A stretch of 64,000 bases of DNA from Histomonas meleagridis 2922-C6/04-290x (taxonomy: Eukaryota > Protista > Parabasalia): NCBI GenBank assembly GCA_020184695.1, contig JAANOX010000177.1, positions 60,117-124,116 on the forward strand. Direction: 5' to 3'. Shown piece after piece: positions 21,231 through 33,187 of the stretch (its first letter is position 1; every line of letters begins with the position of its first letter). A program made the translations under genes and the position numbers. Below the pieces are notes generated by a model, which did not search any database, was not told the DNA's origin, and saw nothing but the letters and a program-made list of their open reading frames with translations.

Positions 21231-22594
21231 ATATTTATTTGGTTAATTTAATATTTATTTTAATATTTTGAAATTTCAAAGTAATATAAATTATTTGATA
21301 CAACAAGAAGGGAATAAGGCGTTTTGAAACCCCACTCATCGATGAAGAGCTTTAATGCATGTTGATTATTAACCCATTTTCATCATATTGTTTTCTGAAA
21401 TATTTAAGAATTTTTGAAAATATTGTAAAACAATTAATTCTATCATTGAATAAGAAAATTCATTAATAAATTATATTTGTTATCAAAAATCATCACTAAT
21501 AAAAGAATCTTGATACTATTTTTTGATTATTTGATATTTTTCGCTTTAAAACAAGTTTGAATTCAAACATAAGTAAGGAAAAAAAGTTAAATAACATAAA
21601 TTATTTGTAAATTTTTACTTCTTATTGTTCAAAATGAGATGGAAAATTAATCTATTGTGATATGTACTTGAAGCAATTTCCAATAACGATTATCATGGAT
21701 AATAATCCATCATCCATAAAATAATGACTATAATGTAAATTGTGATTCGAGCATTGCCATGAATTCAAATCCTTTAAAACAAATCATTGATAAAATAATT
21801 TTATTGGTAACATCGGAGTAATGACCAATACGATAAATAACAACGTATAATGTATAAATTGATTTTATCATAGCATTCATGCCACGAATAAATTCAATGT
21901 GGTTATTTGCGGTTTAACCCACAGCCAAACTCCCTAAATTGAATATTTGAATGATTTTCCAAACTTTACCAATAATTTCAAGTATTTAGTATTCAAAAAA
22001 GATCTGTCAATATGAATTTGTGTACAAGTTTTTGACAGGAATGATCGTAACAAAAAATGCGGTTCTTCGATCTGACTCGAAGTATTTTCACTTAATTTGC
22101 TCAGATTAATATTATTATATCGCTTTATTTTGCTTAAAAAGAAAATAATTAATGATAGTATATATCGAAATATATAGTGTGTAACGAACTCTGTCAATTC
22201 TACCAATTTGACATAATTTTTTGTATAAATTCAATATAACGGTAAATTACTCGGATTAACTTGTGTTTTTATAATATTATTAAGGCTGATTTAAAATCTA
22301 TCGATAATATAAAAAGGTTTTGGAGAGTAGATTGAGTTTATTTCGTAATTAAGTCTGAAAAAATCGTTTATTTATCAAAGAGGTATTGATCAATATAAAC
22401 TGTTTATAAACCGCTATCGAGAGTAGGTTCTGTGCCACCTCAACTATGCGTTCGTTCCTAAGAAAAAAAGCAATAAACTATACAATCTCAAATTCGAACC
22501 GAAAACATCTATCAAATTCGGGACATTTATTCAAAAAATTCAGAGGTCTTTATTCAACATTTTCCTCAGAAAAATTTCTTTCAAGATTATTTGT

Positions 22595-23599
22595 ATGGGC
22601 AATAACCTTGATGATCTGGCTAACTGCATGCCTTTTGAACTTAGAGGCTATTTGTTTCAAAGGCTTATTGGCGTTGGATCATCTTCTCATGTATTTGAAG
22701 TTTATAGCATCAAATACAAACAAAAATTTTCAGCAAAGGTCATGAAATTAGAGGACTGCTGTTTAGATGAAGAAGGAAACCTATTAGAACCAGAGATACA
22801 TGCCCTTATGAACTTAGATTCACCAAACATCATCAGGATTTACGAATTTTTTGTATATTCGAATTTTCTCTTCCTTATTTTGGAATACTGCCCAAAGGGA
22901 ACTATCCTTGATGAGGTTAATCAGTTAAAAGCAATCCCGCCAAGGAAAAATCGAAGCTATGTTATCCCAATTTGTCAAGCTATTCAATATTGTCATTCCA
23001 AAGGAATCGCACATCGCGATATAAAGCCAAGTAACATATTTATAGATTCATATGGTCGTCCAAAGATTGCAGATTTTGGGTTATGTGCTCTTTTACTCCC
23101 TAAGCAACAACTTCACACAATTTGTGGATCAATTCCATACGTTGCTCCTGAAGTACTTAGTGGAGAAGCTCACGATCCGTTTAAAGCCGACATATTTGCG
23201 TTAGGTGTAACCCTCTATCAAATGGCCACTGGTGAACTTCCATATGATAACTACTACCAAAATTATCGCGGTTTTCCATTATATGTCAGTACAAATTATG
23301 TTGATTTTGTATCCAAAATGATCAGTATTGACCCAACCAAGCGCCCTTCTATGCAAGAGATTCTCGAATATCCGTATTTCAAAGAAGGAAACACATCTAC
23401 AAAAATTATTCGGAGAAAATTTAGTGCAATTTCTCCATCTAATCCATCTTTAAGTTTTAACAGAGTTATTGACAGATCAAAACTTAGTAATCCATTATTC
23501 ATGGATAAGTCCATGCATCATCATAATTCATCACTTAAGCATATCTTCAAATCTCAGAGTTATACATTTAAGAATGACGAACATAATGCTTCTTCATGA
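22595..23599 (+). CDS. CAMK family Ser/Thr protein kinase
   Basis: IGVGSSSHV, FSAK, HRDIKPSN, DFG, CGSIPYVAPE, DIFALGVTL. Confidence 0.93.
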   Translation: MGNNLDDLANCMPFELRGYLFQRLIGVGSSSHVFEVYSIKYKQKFSAKVMKLEDCCLDEEGNLLEPEIHALMNLDSPNIIRIYEFFVYSNFLFLILEYCPKGTILDEVNQLKAIPPRKNRSYVIPICQAIQYCHSKGIAHRDIKPSNIFIDSYGRPKIADFGLCALLLPKQQLHTICGSIPYVAPEVLSGEAHDPFKADIFALGVTLYQMATGELPYDNYYQNYRGFPLYVSTNYVDFVSKMISIDPTKRPSMQEILEYPYFKEGNTSTKIIRRKFSAISPSNPSLSFNRVIDRSKLSNPLFMDKSMHHHNSSLKHIFKSQSYTFKNDEHNASS

Positions 23600-23744
23600 C
23601 TCAATCATTGACAATGAAATTTCGAATGCTGATTACACTTTCCCAAAAAAGACGTTACGCGTTTAAATGTAAATATAAAATCATCAAAAATTGAATGATG
23701 CTCAGAAAAATTGAAATGAAAAAGCGGTTAATTCAATTAACATT

Positions 23745-26714
23745 TTATCTAATTGAAAGGAAGCCAATTTTCTTAGAAAGTTCGATTCCTTCTTCCGATT
23801 CTTGATAATTCGGAATATGGAGGTCTGGATCTTTCGATACGATGGAACGAACTCGTTCTTTCATTCTCTGTTTTTTCATTTGTAAATCGGGATCATTTCT
23901 AGCAAGAAACCGCGCATTTATAAGGAAGTCTCTAAGGGTCATAGAGAAAAGCTCTTTCTCGATTGTGCATTTCAGAATTTTCTGAATTTCATCTGGTTGA
24001 CAGTTTGGAATTATTCCATAAATAATAGCTATCACATCTTCCCACCGACTTTTTATGTATGTGCTTGTGAGAATCGTTTGTAAAGCCATTGATATTGTGA
24101 ATATTGATGACTTATATTGGACATCAAACGCAAGTCGAAATAGGAAATCGACCATCTTTAATCCTTGTGTCTCGAAAAGGCGAAGTTCAGCATCTCTTCC
24201 GATAGTGGTTCCAACTTCATTGAATAATTGTGATAACTTCGTAATTAAGTGGTCACAATTTTCAAATTTCTGTACAATATAACCTTTTGTTGTTTCAATC
24301 AAAAAATTTATCGCATCATCATCTAATTCCATCACATATAATGAAATTAGGTTTGTAATCAAATTCCCAACAGCAAAAGGGAAACCAGGGAAGCAGATTC
24401 GACCGTTTAGCATTTCAATAGTTGGCAAAATCAACTTGTCCTTCAAAAGTGGCAAGTGAATTCCCTCTTTCCCAATGAACTCCAAATGCGACGTGAAAAA
24501 GTTTACGGTCTCCGGTGTTCTTTCGTCTGGTGGTAACTGGAGGAAGTCATCTAAGAAACAGCCGTATGCTACTTCTAAGATGGAATTTAAAAGTTGGGGA
24601 TTTTCTTTGTTATAATATTCCATTTGAGAAAATATATCAATTATACAATTCTTTGCATTTCGAATGACTTCATAAAATTGATTGTTTTTCTCATTAGGTG
24701 GAAATGACCTTAATGAAGCACTAAGCATTTGAAACAAATTAGCAAAATTACCAATTTGAGTTTGGAAATATTGTGTATAAGTTTGTGTACATGAATTAGT
24801 CAAAGATATTTGAGCTCGTAATAGCACAAAAAGTTGTGAGAAATCAAAGTAATTATGATTACCTAATTTCATAATAACTCCTTCGAATTGTTGTGCCACA
24901 AAAGATACTAATTGTACCATTCGTTCTTGTTGCATTATGCTCCCACTCATTGAAAAAGATACTGCAAAATAAAGATCAATCGCATTATCCTCATTCAAAT
25001 TCTGTAAAACCGCCGGCAAACATTCAAAAAGTGAATCGTAAATTGAATTTGATGTGTTGGCGTCAAATGCAAATAAAGCTTGCTGCGCTCCATGGAGTAA
25101 CTTCCTCATTGATATCAAAGTGGCATCTTTTACCATTTGTGAGTCAGACATTAAAGAACTTACCATTTTTTCAACAACGACTCTAAGTAATTGTGGATAT
25201 AAAGATAGAAAAGAATAACATTCTGAACAAAGATAATATATGCCCATGATAAGTTGAGAATGTATATTAGGATCAGGAACATCATTACATATTTGAAAAA
25301 GAATTTTAAAGACTTCGACTAAAAATTGATTCTTTCCGGAATTATTATCGACATTAGCAAAACATGCTAAGGAATAACATAAATGAATTGCTGCATCATA
25401 ATTTAAATTAGATTGAAGCTCGCTAAATATTTCTTCGACAATTTGATATGCAACTTCAACCTTGCGATTAATTAACATCGACAAAACACATGTCGATGAA
25501 ATACAAAAATCCTCTGTCTCACTAATGCGGGTAACCTTCTCACCATTTACGACAACATCCATTGGCTCATATGGGATTGGCATTTTCAACAAATAATTTC
25601 GAAGAATTCGAGCATAGATTTCATCAAGATAAAAATTACCGGAATCAATAATTGTTATCCAAAACTCACTACAAAATGATTCGAAAAATTCCTCATTTAA
25701 CATATCTGTTATATCTATCATTAGATTTATAGTTTGATGTAAAATTGGAGCGTTTTCTTCTTTCACTAAAATATTAGTATAGTCATTAAAAAAGGAATTC
25801 ATGGCATCAAAGAAACTCGTCATGAAGTATTTGTCATCTTTGATAAGTTCCGGAGCACTTTTTATTATGTTTATGACGGAGTTTACAACAATGCCAAAAA
25901 TTGGAAATGTCCTATCGTTGTATTGAAATGGTATGAAAATATTGTGAAGAGATTCTGTTAAAACCGGTATCGCATAGAGTGAAATTTCACTCCCTGATTC
26001 CACAAGAGAAACAATAAAGTTTATCAACGTGGATTCAAAAAAAAGCTCAAACCGAGTCCACCGAGGAAGAAAACTGATGGCCCTGAGAGCAATTTTGGAA
26101 ATTTCGAGATCATTAATATTTTGAATAACAAACATGACAAAGTTGGAGAGTTGAAGAAAGAAATTGTCTGTAATTGCTTTCCCCATTTCAAAAGCTTTAC
26201 TGCTCATATCTGAGTCTGTACTATCTTTATATAATTTGGAAAAAAATTCTGAAAGTAAATTGAGACATCTTTTGCATTTGATATTATCTGTTGCTTCTTT
26301 AAGAAAGTCGTTAATACAGCTGAACCATATTTGAGGAAATTCGTAATACAAAATTTGAATTAAAGTTGACGAGGATTTTTGTGCTAAATAGTCCGAAAAT
26401 GAAGAATTAAAAGTTACAAACATGAGAAGTGTTTTGATTTGATTTCTTATTTCTTCTGTTAATCCAAACCAATTAATTTGGATAACTTTTGAAATTGATT
26501 GGATGGCAGCAAACTTTCCTATATCTGGACAATTAGAATTAATTATTTGATCTGAATAAAGAAAAGAATCTTCTCTTTCTGTGAAATGATAAAGAATTGC
26601 ATTTGCATTTTCGGAAGACAGAATCTCGGTAGGATTGTGCGCACAATTTGCAACGTAGCAATAAAGATTGATATCGACTGGAACGCCTGGCTTAATTAAA
26701 TCTTCCATTTCCAT
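23745..26714 (-). CDS. Divergent exportin-1/CRM1-like importin-beta family protein
   Basis: ORF 23745..26732, first ATG 26714. YEFPQIWFSCI (cf. EWPQNW), LLKMPIPYE (cf. RMAKPEE) and HLCYSLAC (cf. TLCWAIGS) on a HEAT-like ~990-aa chain. Confidence 0.7.
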   Translation of the reverse strand: MEMEDLIKPGVPVDINLYCYVANCAHNPTEILSSENANAILYHFTEREDSFLYSDQIINSNCPDIGKFAAIQSISKVIQINWFGLTEEIRNQIKTLLMFVTFNSSFSDYLAQKSSSTLIQILYYEFPQIWFSCINDFLKEATDNIKCKRCLNLLSEFFSKLYKDSTDSDMSSKAFEMGKAITDNFFLQLSNFVMFVIQNINDLEISKIALRAISFLPRWTRFELFFESTLINFIVSLVESGSEISLYAIPVLTESLHNIFIPFQYNDRTFPIFGIVVNSVINIIKSAPELIKDDKYFMTSFFDAMNSFFNDYTNILVKEENAPILHQTINLMIDITDMLNEEFFESFCSEFWITIIDSGNFYLDEIYARILRNYLLKMPIPYEPMDVVVNGEKVTRISETEDFCISSTCVLSMLINRKVEVAYQIVEEIFSELQSNLNYDAAIHLCYSLACFANVDNNSGKNQFLVEVFKILFQICNDVPDPNIHSQLIMGIYYLCSECYSFLSLYPQLLRVVVEKMVSSLMSDSQMVKDATLISMRKLLHGAQQALFAFDANTSNSIYDSLFECLPAVLQNLNEDNAIDLYFAVSFSMSGSIMQQERMVQLVSFVAQQFEGVIMKLGNHNYFDFSQLFVLLRAQISLTNSCTQTYTQYFQTQIGNFANLFQMLSASLRSFPPNEKNNQFYEVIRNAKNCIIDIFSQMEYYNKENPQLLNSILEVAYGCFLDDFLQLPPDERTPETVNFFTSHLEFIGKEGIHLPLLKDKLILPTIEMLNGRICFPGFPFAVGNLITNLISLYVMELDDDAINFLIETTKGYIVQKFENCDHLITKLSQLFNEVGTTIGRDAELRLFETQGLKMVDFLFRLAFDVQYKSSIFTISMALQTILTSTYIKSRWEDVIAIIYGIIPNCQPDEIQKILKCTIEKELFSMTLRDFLINARFLARNDPDLQMKKQRMKERVRSIVSKDPDLHIPNYQESEEGIELSKKIGFLSIR

Positions 26715-28339
26715 CTCTTGATTCAACCGCACTATAAAGTATTGAATATTATGGTGCTATCTAAATTCTAAAAATGAATAGTTTACTCAATAGAACCTTC
26801 ATTGGAAAGCGAATCTGCACTGTATAAGATATATTTGATCGTGTTCGTTCTTTGATAAAGTTATCCTTTCTTGTAAAAAATAATTTTTTAGGACAGGTAT
26901 TGAAAAAGCTAAAATTTTTTAAACATTTGCTCAAGTCTGAAAGCTTTCCTTAATTTGAATTTCATGTACACATATTCTTTCTTGCTTTTGATGTTTGTAA
27001 ATTTCACATACGGTGTAGTAGAGAATATTATTTAAATTCAGTAATAATTCCACACTGATTATTGTTAATGAAACCCTATGTTGTATTTTCGGTATCCCTT
27101 TATGTCTTTTCCTTAACCTCCTGAACAAATGGAATACAAATATTTAATGCACAGTACGAATTACCAACTTGTTCATTATGATCAGGTTTTAGTATATGCA
27201 AAAAATGTGCTAAAACATATCATAAAGTTCATAACTAATCTGAAGCGAAAAATCCTTCGCCTTGTTTTGTGATTGTGGAGCAGGTCATGGTATTAACCCA
27301 TACAAATTAATGAAGAGAAAATCTAATGATAAAGAGTGATGCGACATAATTGTGAATAAATTAATCTTTTTATATATGAATTGATTGCTCATTTATGTAA
27401 ACCAGCTAAATAACAATAATACAATTTTAATATTTCTTTAATAAACATATACTTAAAATACATAAACACAAGTTTAACGTTACAACTTTTAGCAACATTT
27501 AACAACTATCACAAATATTCAATAACATAAATTTTTCTTCTCTTTATTTGATAAACATTTTTAAATGCTGGAAAATTATATAATGCTATTACTCGAACCA
27601 TTTGACCTGAGTAACACATGGTTCAATGTTATGCAATGGTAATATTGGGAGTTATGGGATGTCAAGCTATAACACTGCAATGGCAAATGCATTCTTTGAA
27701 AGAGCAAAAGAACTTCGAGCTCAAGGTAGATAAATAAACATTTTTAATTCTCAGTTTTATAAATTAGCAAATATGTTTGTTCAAGTTATTTCCAAAGCAG
27801 TTGATTTGACAAACCAGGGAGCTGTGGGTTATAAATTGAGGTACTTGTTTGTTAATGGATATGTCTTTGTGATAACACGTTCTCATGAGGAAGAATAACT
27901 TTTGGTTATTTCCTTACAAAAAATGTATATTAAAAAGCATTTGATAAACACATAATTAATGACGTGCTAATCTAAACGGTTTCTAATAAGAGGAAAGCAT
28001 GATAATACTTTTCTAAATAAAAATCGGGCATTCTGATTCATCAAATAAGATGAATGAATATATTTGAACGATTTACTTTAGAGTAAATCTCATAATTTTC
28101 CCCAAATTGAACCAAAATATCTTTATAAATCATCTCGACCCTGTGGAGTTTTATCGATTTTAAATATTACATAATTTTGCATATATAATCATTATTCAAA
28201 TTATGAAAAAAAAGCAATGAATTTTTGACCTCAATCATTTTAAAAACAAAATTCTTCTGTATTTATGTATAAAAATGCTAAATGTTTTGAATTTTAGAAA
28301 AATAATTCATATAAATTTTTTATTTATATTTTTGTAGCA

Positions 28340-30771
28340 TATTTATGATAGCGATATTTCCTTTTTTAGATGCATGTGTAAAAGCTGTTTCCTTTAATTA
28401 TAATAAATTCCAAATTATATTTTATGATTTTAATTATTTGATATGAAATTCATATAAATTATTTTAATATCATTTAAATTTATATCAAGATCATCTTTTT
28501 TTAAAAGTAATTTAATAACATTTATATTTCCATTTTCAATTGCTTTTATGAGTGCTGTTTTAATAAATTTAAAGAAATTCCAAATATTATTTCGAAATCC
28601 AAAAAATTTTATAGATATATTATATGAAAAATATATAAATTTTTAGTATTAATATCAATATTTTTTTGTTTAAGTAATATTTGAACGATTTCCTCATGAC
28701 CATTAATAGATGCCCAAATTAGTGCTGTATTCTCTAATTTAAATAATCTCCAAATATTATTTTCGATCACAAAATGATAGATTAAGTCATTATGTTATTT
28801 ATTTGAATATCTTTAATGTTAATATTAATTCTTTTTTGTTTAAGTAGAATTTTAACTAGATCAATATTTCCATTTTCTGATGCCCATATAAGTGGTGTTT
28901 TAATTATTCAATTTATTCATATAATATCCAATAAAATCATAAAAATATTTTTTGATATTCGCTGTTATTCAAATTAATATCTTTTGCATTAATATCAATC
29001 CCTTTTTGTTTAAGAAGGATTTTAACTAGATCAATATTTCCATTTTCTGATGCCATTATAAGTGACGTTTTAATTATTGAAATTAAATTCCGAATTTAAT
29101 TAAACTATATCAAAATTACAATAGAAATATTCTATAATTTAATTAAGTATTTTTTTCTTGAATATCAATTCCTTTTTGTTCAAGAAGTAATTTAACTATT
29201 TCTGTATGACCATTTTCAGATGCATACATAAGTGCTGTCCTAAATATTTTAAATAATTTCCAAATATTATATTGAAATCCAAAATTATTAAATCAAATAT
29301 TATACAAAACTAATATATATCTTTAGCATTAATATCTATTACTTCTTGCTCAAGAAGTAATTTAACTATTCCTATATGACCTTTTTTAGAAGATTTCATG
29401 AGTGCTGTTTCAAATAATTTAGGTAATTTCCAAATATTATTTTGAAATCCAAAATTATTAAAATATATATTAAATAAAACAAATAAAAACTTTTAGTATT
29501 AATATCAATTCCATCTTGCTCAAGAAGTAATTTAACTATTTCTAAATAGCCATTTGAAGATGCTTCAATAAGTGATGTTCGAAATATTTTAAGTAATTTC
29601 CAAATATTATCTCAAAATTCCAATATATTTGGTTAAAGACCAAATAAAACAAATAAATATCTTTAGCATTAATATCAATTCCTTCTTGTTCAAGAAGTAA
29701 TTTAACCATTTCTGTATAACTATTTAAAGATGCACAAATAAGTGCTGTACTAAATAATTTAAATAATTTCCAAATATTATTTTGAAATATAAAATAATTA
29801 AAATAAATTATTTCAAATAAAACAAATAAATATCTTTAGCATTAAAATCAATTCCTTTTTGTTCAAGAAGTAATTTAACTATTTCAGTGTGACAATTCCA
29901 AGATGCCAATATAAGTGCTGTTTGAAATAATTTAAATAATTTCCAAAAATTATTTTTGAATTCTAAATTATTAAAATAAAAATAAAATAAAACGAATAAA
30001 TACCTTTAGCATTAATATCAATTCCTTCTTGTTCAAGAAGTAATTTAACTATTTCTGTATGACCATTTTTAGATGCCCATATAAGTGCTGTTTCAAATAA
30101 TTTAAATAATTTCCAAATATTATTTTGAAATTTTAAATTATTCAAATAAATTTCAAATAAAACAAATAAATATCTTTAGCATTAACATCAATTCCTTTTT
30201 GTTCAAGAAGTAATTTAACTATTTCTGTATGACCTTCTGAAGATGCCAATATAAGTGCTGTTTGAAATAATTTAAATAATTTCCAAAAATTATTTTGAAA
30301 TTTTAAATTATCAAAACAAAAATAAAATAAAACGAATAAATATTTCGAGCATTAATATCAATTCCTTCTTGTTCAAGAAGCAATTTAACTATTTCTGTAT
30401 GATCATTTTTAGATGCCCATATAAGTGCTGTTTGGAATAATTCAAATAACTTCCAAATTTTATTTTGAATTTTCAAATTATTCAAATAAACTTCAAATAA
30501 AACAAATAAATATCTTTAGCATTAATATCAATTCCTTCTTGTTCAAGAAGCAATTTAACTATTTCTGTATTATTATTTCTAACTGCTATATGAAGTGCTG
30601 TTTTAAATATTTTAAATAATTTTCAAATATTATTTTGAAATATTAAATTATTCAAATAAATTTCAAATAAAACAAATAAATATATTTAGCATTAATATCA
30701 ATTCCTTTTTGCTCAAGAAGTAATTTAACAATTTCTGTATAACCTTTTGAAGATGCTATCATAAATGCTTT
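28340..30771 (-). repeat. Ankyrin array B: 15 ankyrin blocks separated by frame-breaking spacers
   Basis: Block starts at 30771, 30601, 30431, 30261, 30091, 29921, 29748, 29578, 29408, 29238, 29068, 28898, 28728, 28558 and 28388. Thirteen periods are 170 nt and one is 173 nt. Confidence 0.95.
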
Positions 30772-30895
30772 TTTAACATTAATTTTGATTGCCTTTTGCT
30801 TGAATAAGAACTTATATATTTCTGTAGAACTAAAATTATATATAATTTGTAAATAAAAAAATTAAATAAAACAGCAACAAATTAATGATATAAAA

Positions 30896-32131
30896 CTAAA
30901 TATAAACTAATGAATCATCATCATTACTTTTAATCAATATAAATTTATTTATAAGAATATATTTCAAAAGTTCTTTATTTCTTGGAATTAAAATCAAACT
31001 TAAAACATTTTTAGGGATTTTATATGTATTATTTTTTACAAAATATTTAAAAAAAAATATATTTCCCGTTTTAATAGATGTTGAAATAAGTTCCTCTAGA
31101 TTTTTATTATCTTTATTGATTAAAAAGGAAAGTATTTCATAATTATAATAAAAAACACATTTTGTTAATAAATCATTATACATAATATTTCCTAATTTAT
31201 TTTCATAAATATATTTAAAGATATCATTTCTATGAAACAATATTGCTGTTTCATATGCTTTATCAAATGATGAATGATTTTGTTCACATAAATGAATGAT
31301 TTCTTCATTTCCACTTGCAACTGCATATTTACCTGTATTTTCTACTTTTGCATTATTTATAAGTAAATATTTAAAACATTTAACTGAAGAAAAAAATGCT
31401 GCATAATCAATTAATGTAACATTATCTTCGTTAATGAATGAACATCTTTCATAAAGTGATGGCTCAATTGTTTGATTAAAATTAAAATTTGTTTGTGACG
31501 ATATTTCTTGAAGTTTTTCTATATCATCATTTCGAATTATTTTTGCAATTTCATTTGGATTATGTCCTTCTGTAAGTAATTGCTTATGAAGTTCAAAATC
31601 ATTCTTTGAAAGAGCTTTGTAATTATCTAAAGTTGATTGTAGAAATTGAGATTTTATATTTTTAATTTCTTTTTTTCTTTTATAATGAATAAATAATAAT
31701 GAGTTTATACTTCTGATCTTTTTGTTTTCAATTATTTTATTTTCCATTAATCTTTCAAGAATATAATTCGATTCTTGTGTATTATAATTATAAAGAAAAT
31801 CTGTAAAAATATTAATGATATTATCTTCTTTCGTTTCATTGTTTGTATCTTTTTTTTGATTATATAATTCTTCTTCTTTTATTTTAAATAATTTTATATA
31901 TTCAAAAATTAATTGAACATTTTCATTTTCCATCACAAAATATGAATAAAGTAATTGACAAATTACAAGCTTAAATGAATATGGATATTGCTGAGTTATA
32001 AAATATAATGTTGACTCAACTGTTTCTGGAATATTATTTTCGTTCATTTTAAAAATATCATCTTCTATTTGTTGTAATATTCCTATAAAATCTTGATTTT
32101 TTTCTTTGATTTGAGCTTGACTATTTCCCAT
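30896..32131 (-). CDS. DUF3447-type ankyrin-associated protein, leader of array B
   Basis: 411-aa ORF starting MGNSQ (possible myristoylation). Close paralog of 19086..20081 (ELHKQLLTEGHNPNEIAKIIRND...). Stops about 125 nt before the first array block. Confidence 0.8.
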   Translation of the reverse strand: MGNSQAQIKEKNQDFIGILQQIEDDIFKMNENNIPETVESTLYFITQQYPYSFKLVICQLLYSYFVMENENVQLIFEYIKLFKIKEEELYNQKKDTNNETKEDNIINIFTDFLYNYNTQESNYILERLMENKIIENKKIRSINSLLFIHYKRKKEIKNIKSQFLQSTLDNYKALSKNDFELHKQLLTEGHNPNEIAKIIRNDDIEKLQEISSQTNFNFNQTIEPSLYERCSFINEDNVTLIDYAAFFSSVKCFKYLLINNAKVENTGKYAVASGNEEIIHLCEQNHSSFDKAYETAILFHRNDIFKYIYENKLGNIMYNDLLTKCVFYYNYEILSFLINKDNKNLEELISTSIKTGNIFFFKYFVKNNTYKIPKNVLSLILIPRNKELLKYILINKFILIKSNDDDSLVYI

Positions 32132-32399
32132 TTGTCCTTTTTAATTGCTGGGATAGTGTAAAAATGTTTTTGAAATACGAGGTAGCCCCAAAATACCTAT
32201 AGACTTTCACTTTTTAGCTAAAAAGTCGTATCGGATACATTCATCACAACCTCTGAAAAAGTTTTAGAAAAGATTTTCTTTAATTTGATAATGATAAATA
32301 ATTAAAATAATGTTACATTTTTTTATTATTCAAATAACTAAATACAAAATTTTTCATTGAATTACATTTTACTAATTTAATCTGCCTTTTCAACGCGTG

Positions 32400-32930
32400 G
32401 TCTAATGAATGTTCACTATTTGGTGATGGATCATTTCCTTGCTGCATGCTGATAAGTAGATTGCATAATTGGCTTCAGTTTACTTTCGAATTCCTTTTGC
32501 TTGGCTTTGAATGCAGCGACGTCTGCGTCTTGGTACAACTCGATCCATGCGAGTGTGTCATTGATTTCCTGTTGATTGTGTCCTTATCTGCTTGTGACAA
32601 TGCGTTAGCCAAATGTTCTTTATTTAATGAGTTACGTACGCCGAAGCGTGGTCCTGGCAGAATACCTGTTAAATCGAATGTACCAAGTAAGCCACATGTT
32701 CGTGAACGTTCTCCTTCATAAACTTTAATTGTGTAGTTGAAAATTGTGATGATATTTAACTTCTCAGCTGGTATTGTTGTGCTTCGTAAAATTAGAACTG
32801 TCATCATTCCGTCCTTAATTGAGATACCTAATGAAAGTGGTACAACATCGAACAATAGAATATCTTTTACTGTAAGTGATGGATCTCCTTTGTTAATTGC
32901 TGCCATATGCAACTGCTTCATCTGGATCAA
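32400..32930 (-). pseudogene. Internally deleted cytosolic HSP70 fragment
   Basis: LLFDVVPLSLGI, TVLILRSTTIPAEK, IKVYEGER and LLGTFDLTGILPGPR, followed in another frame by WIELYQDADVAAFKAKQKEFESKLKPIM (lid region). No ATPase domain; large deletions. Confidence 0.85.
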
Positions 32931-33187
32931 CACCACTACATAGCTGAAACATTTAAACACATTAAATACTTGATGAACCTGAAACATTCACCACATGGTT
33001 CAAGCTCCATAATATATTGTATCTATTTTGCCATCAATATACCAATTGATCATTTAATTTTTGATGTATTTATGCGTATGCATTTATTAAAACATATGAA
33101 TATATCCAAGAAGTTGACTAAAAGTACATCGCGAAATTTACTTTTATAAAATGCTCACAAGAAAAAATCGAAAATAATATTCTAATT

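Noticed and set aside
21640-21935. Coding-like minus-strand stretch (NNHIEFIRGMNAMIKSIYTLYVVIYRIGHY...)
   Set aside because: Multiple stops and no recognisable family; probably a decayed gene that I cannot name.
27600-27900. Slightly GC-richer coding-like patch (SYNTAMANAFFERAKELRAQGR)
   Set aside because: Short, interrupted and unassignable without a search.
19953-30771. CRISPR-like reading of the repeat/variable-segment arrays
   Set aside because: Eukaryotic context, no cas genes, 170-nt units, and the variable parts are codons within ankyrin blocks.
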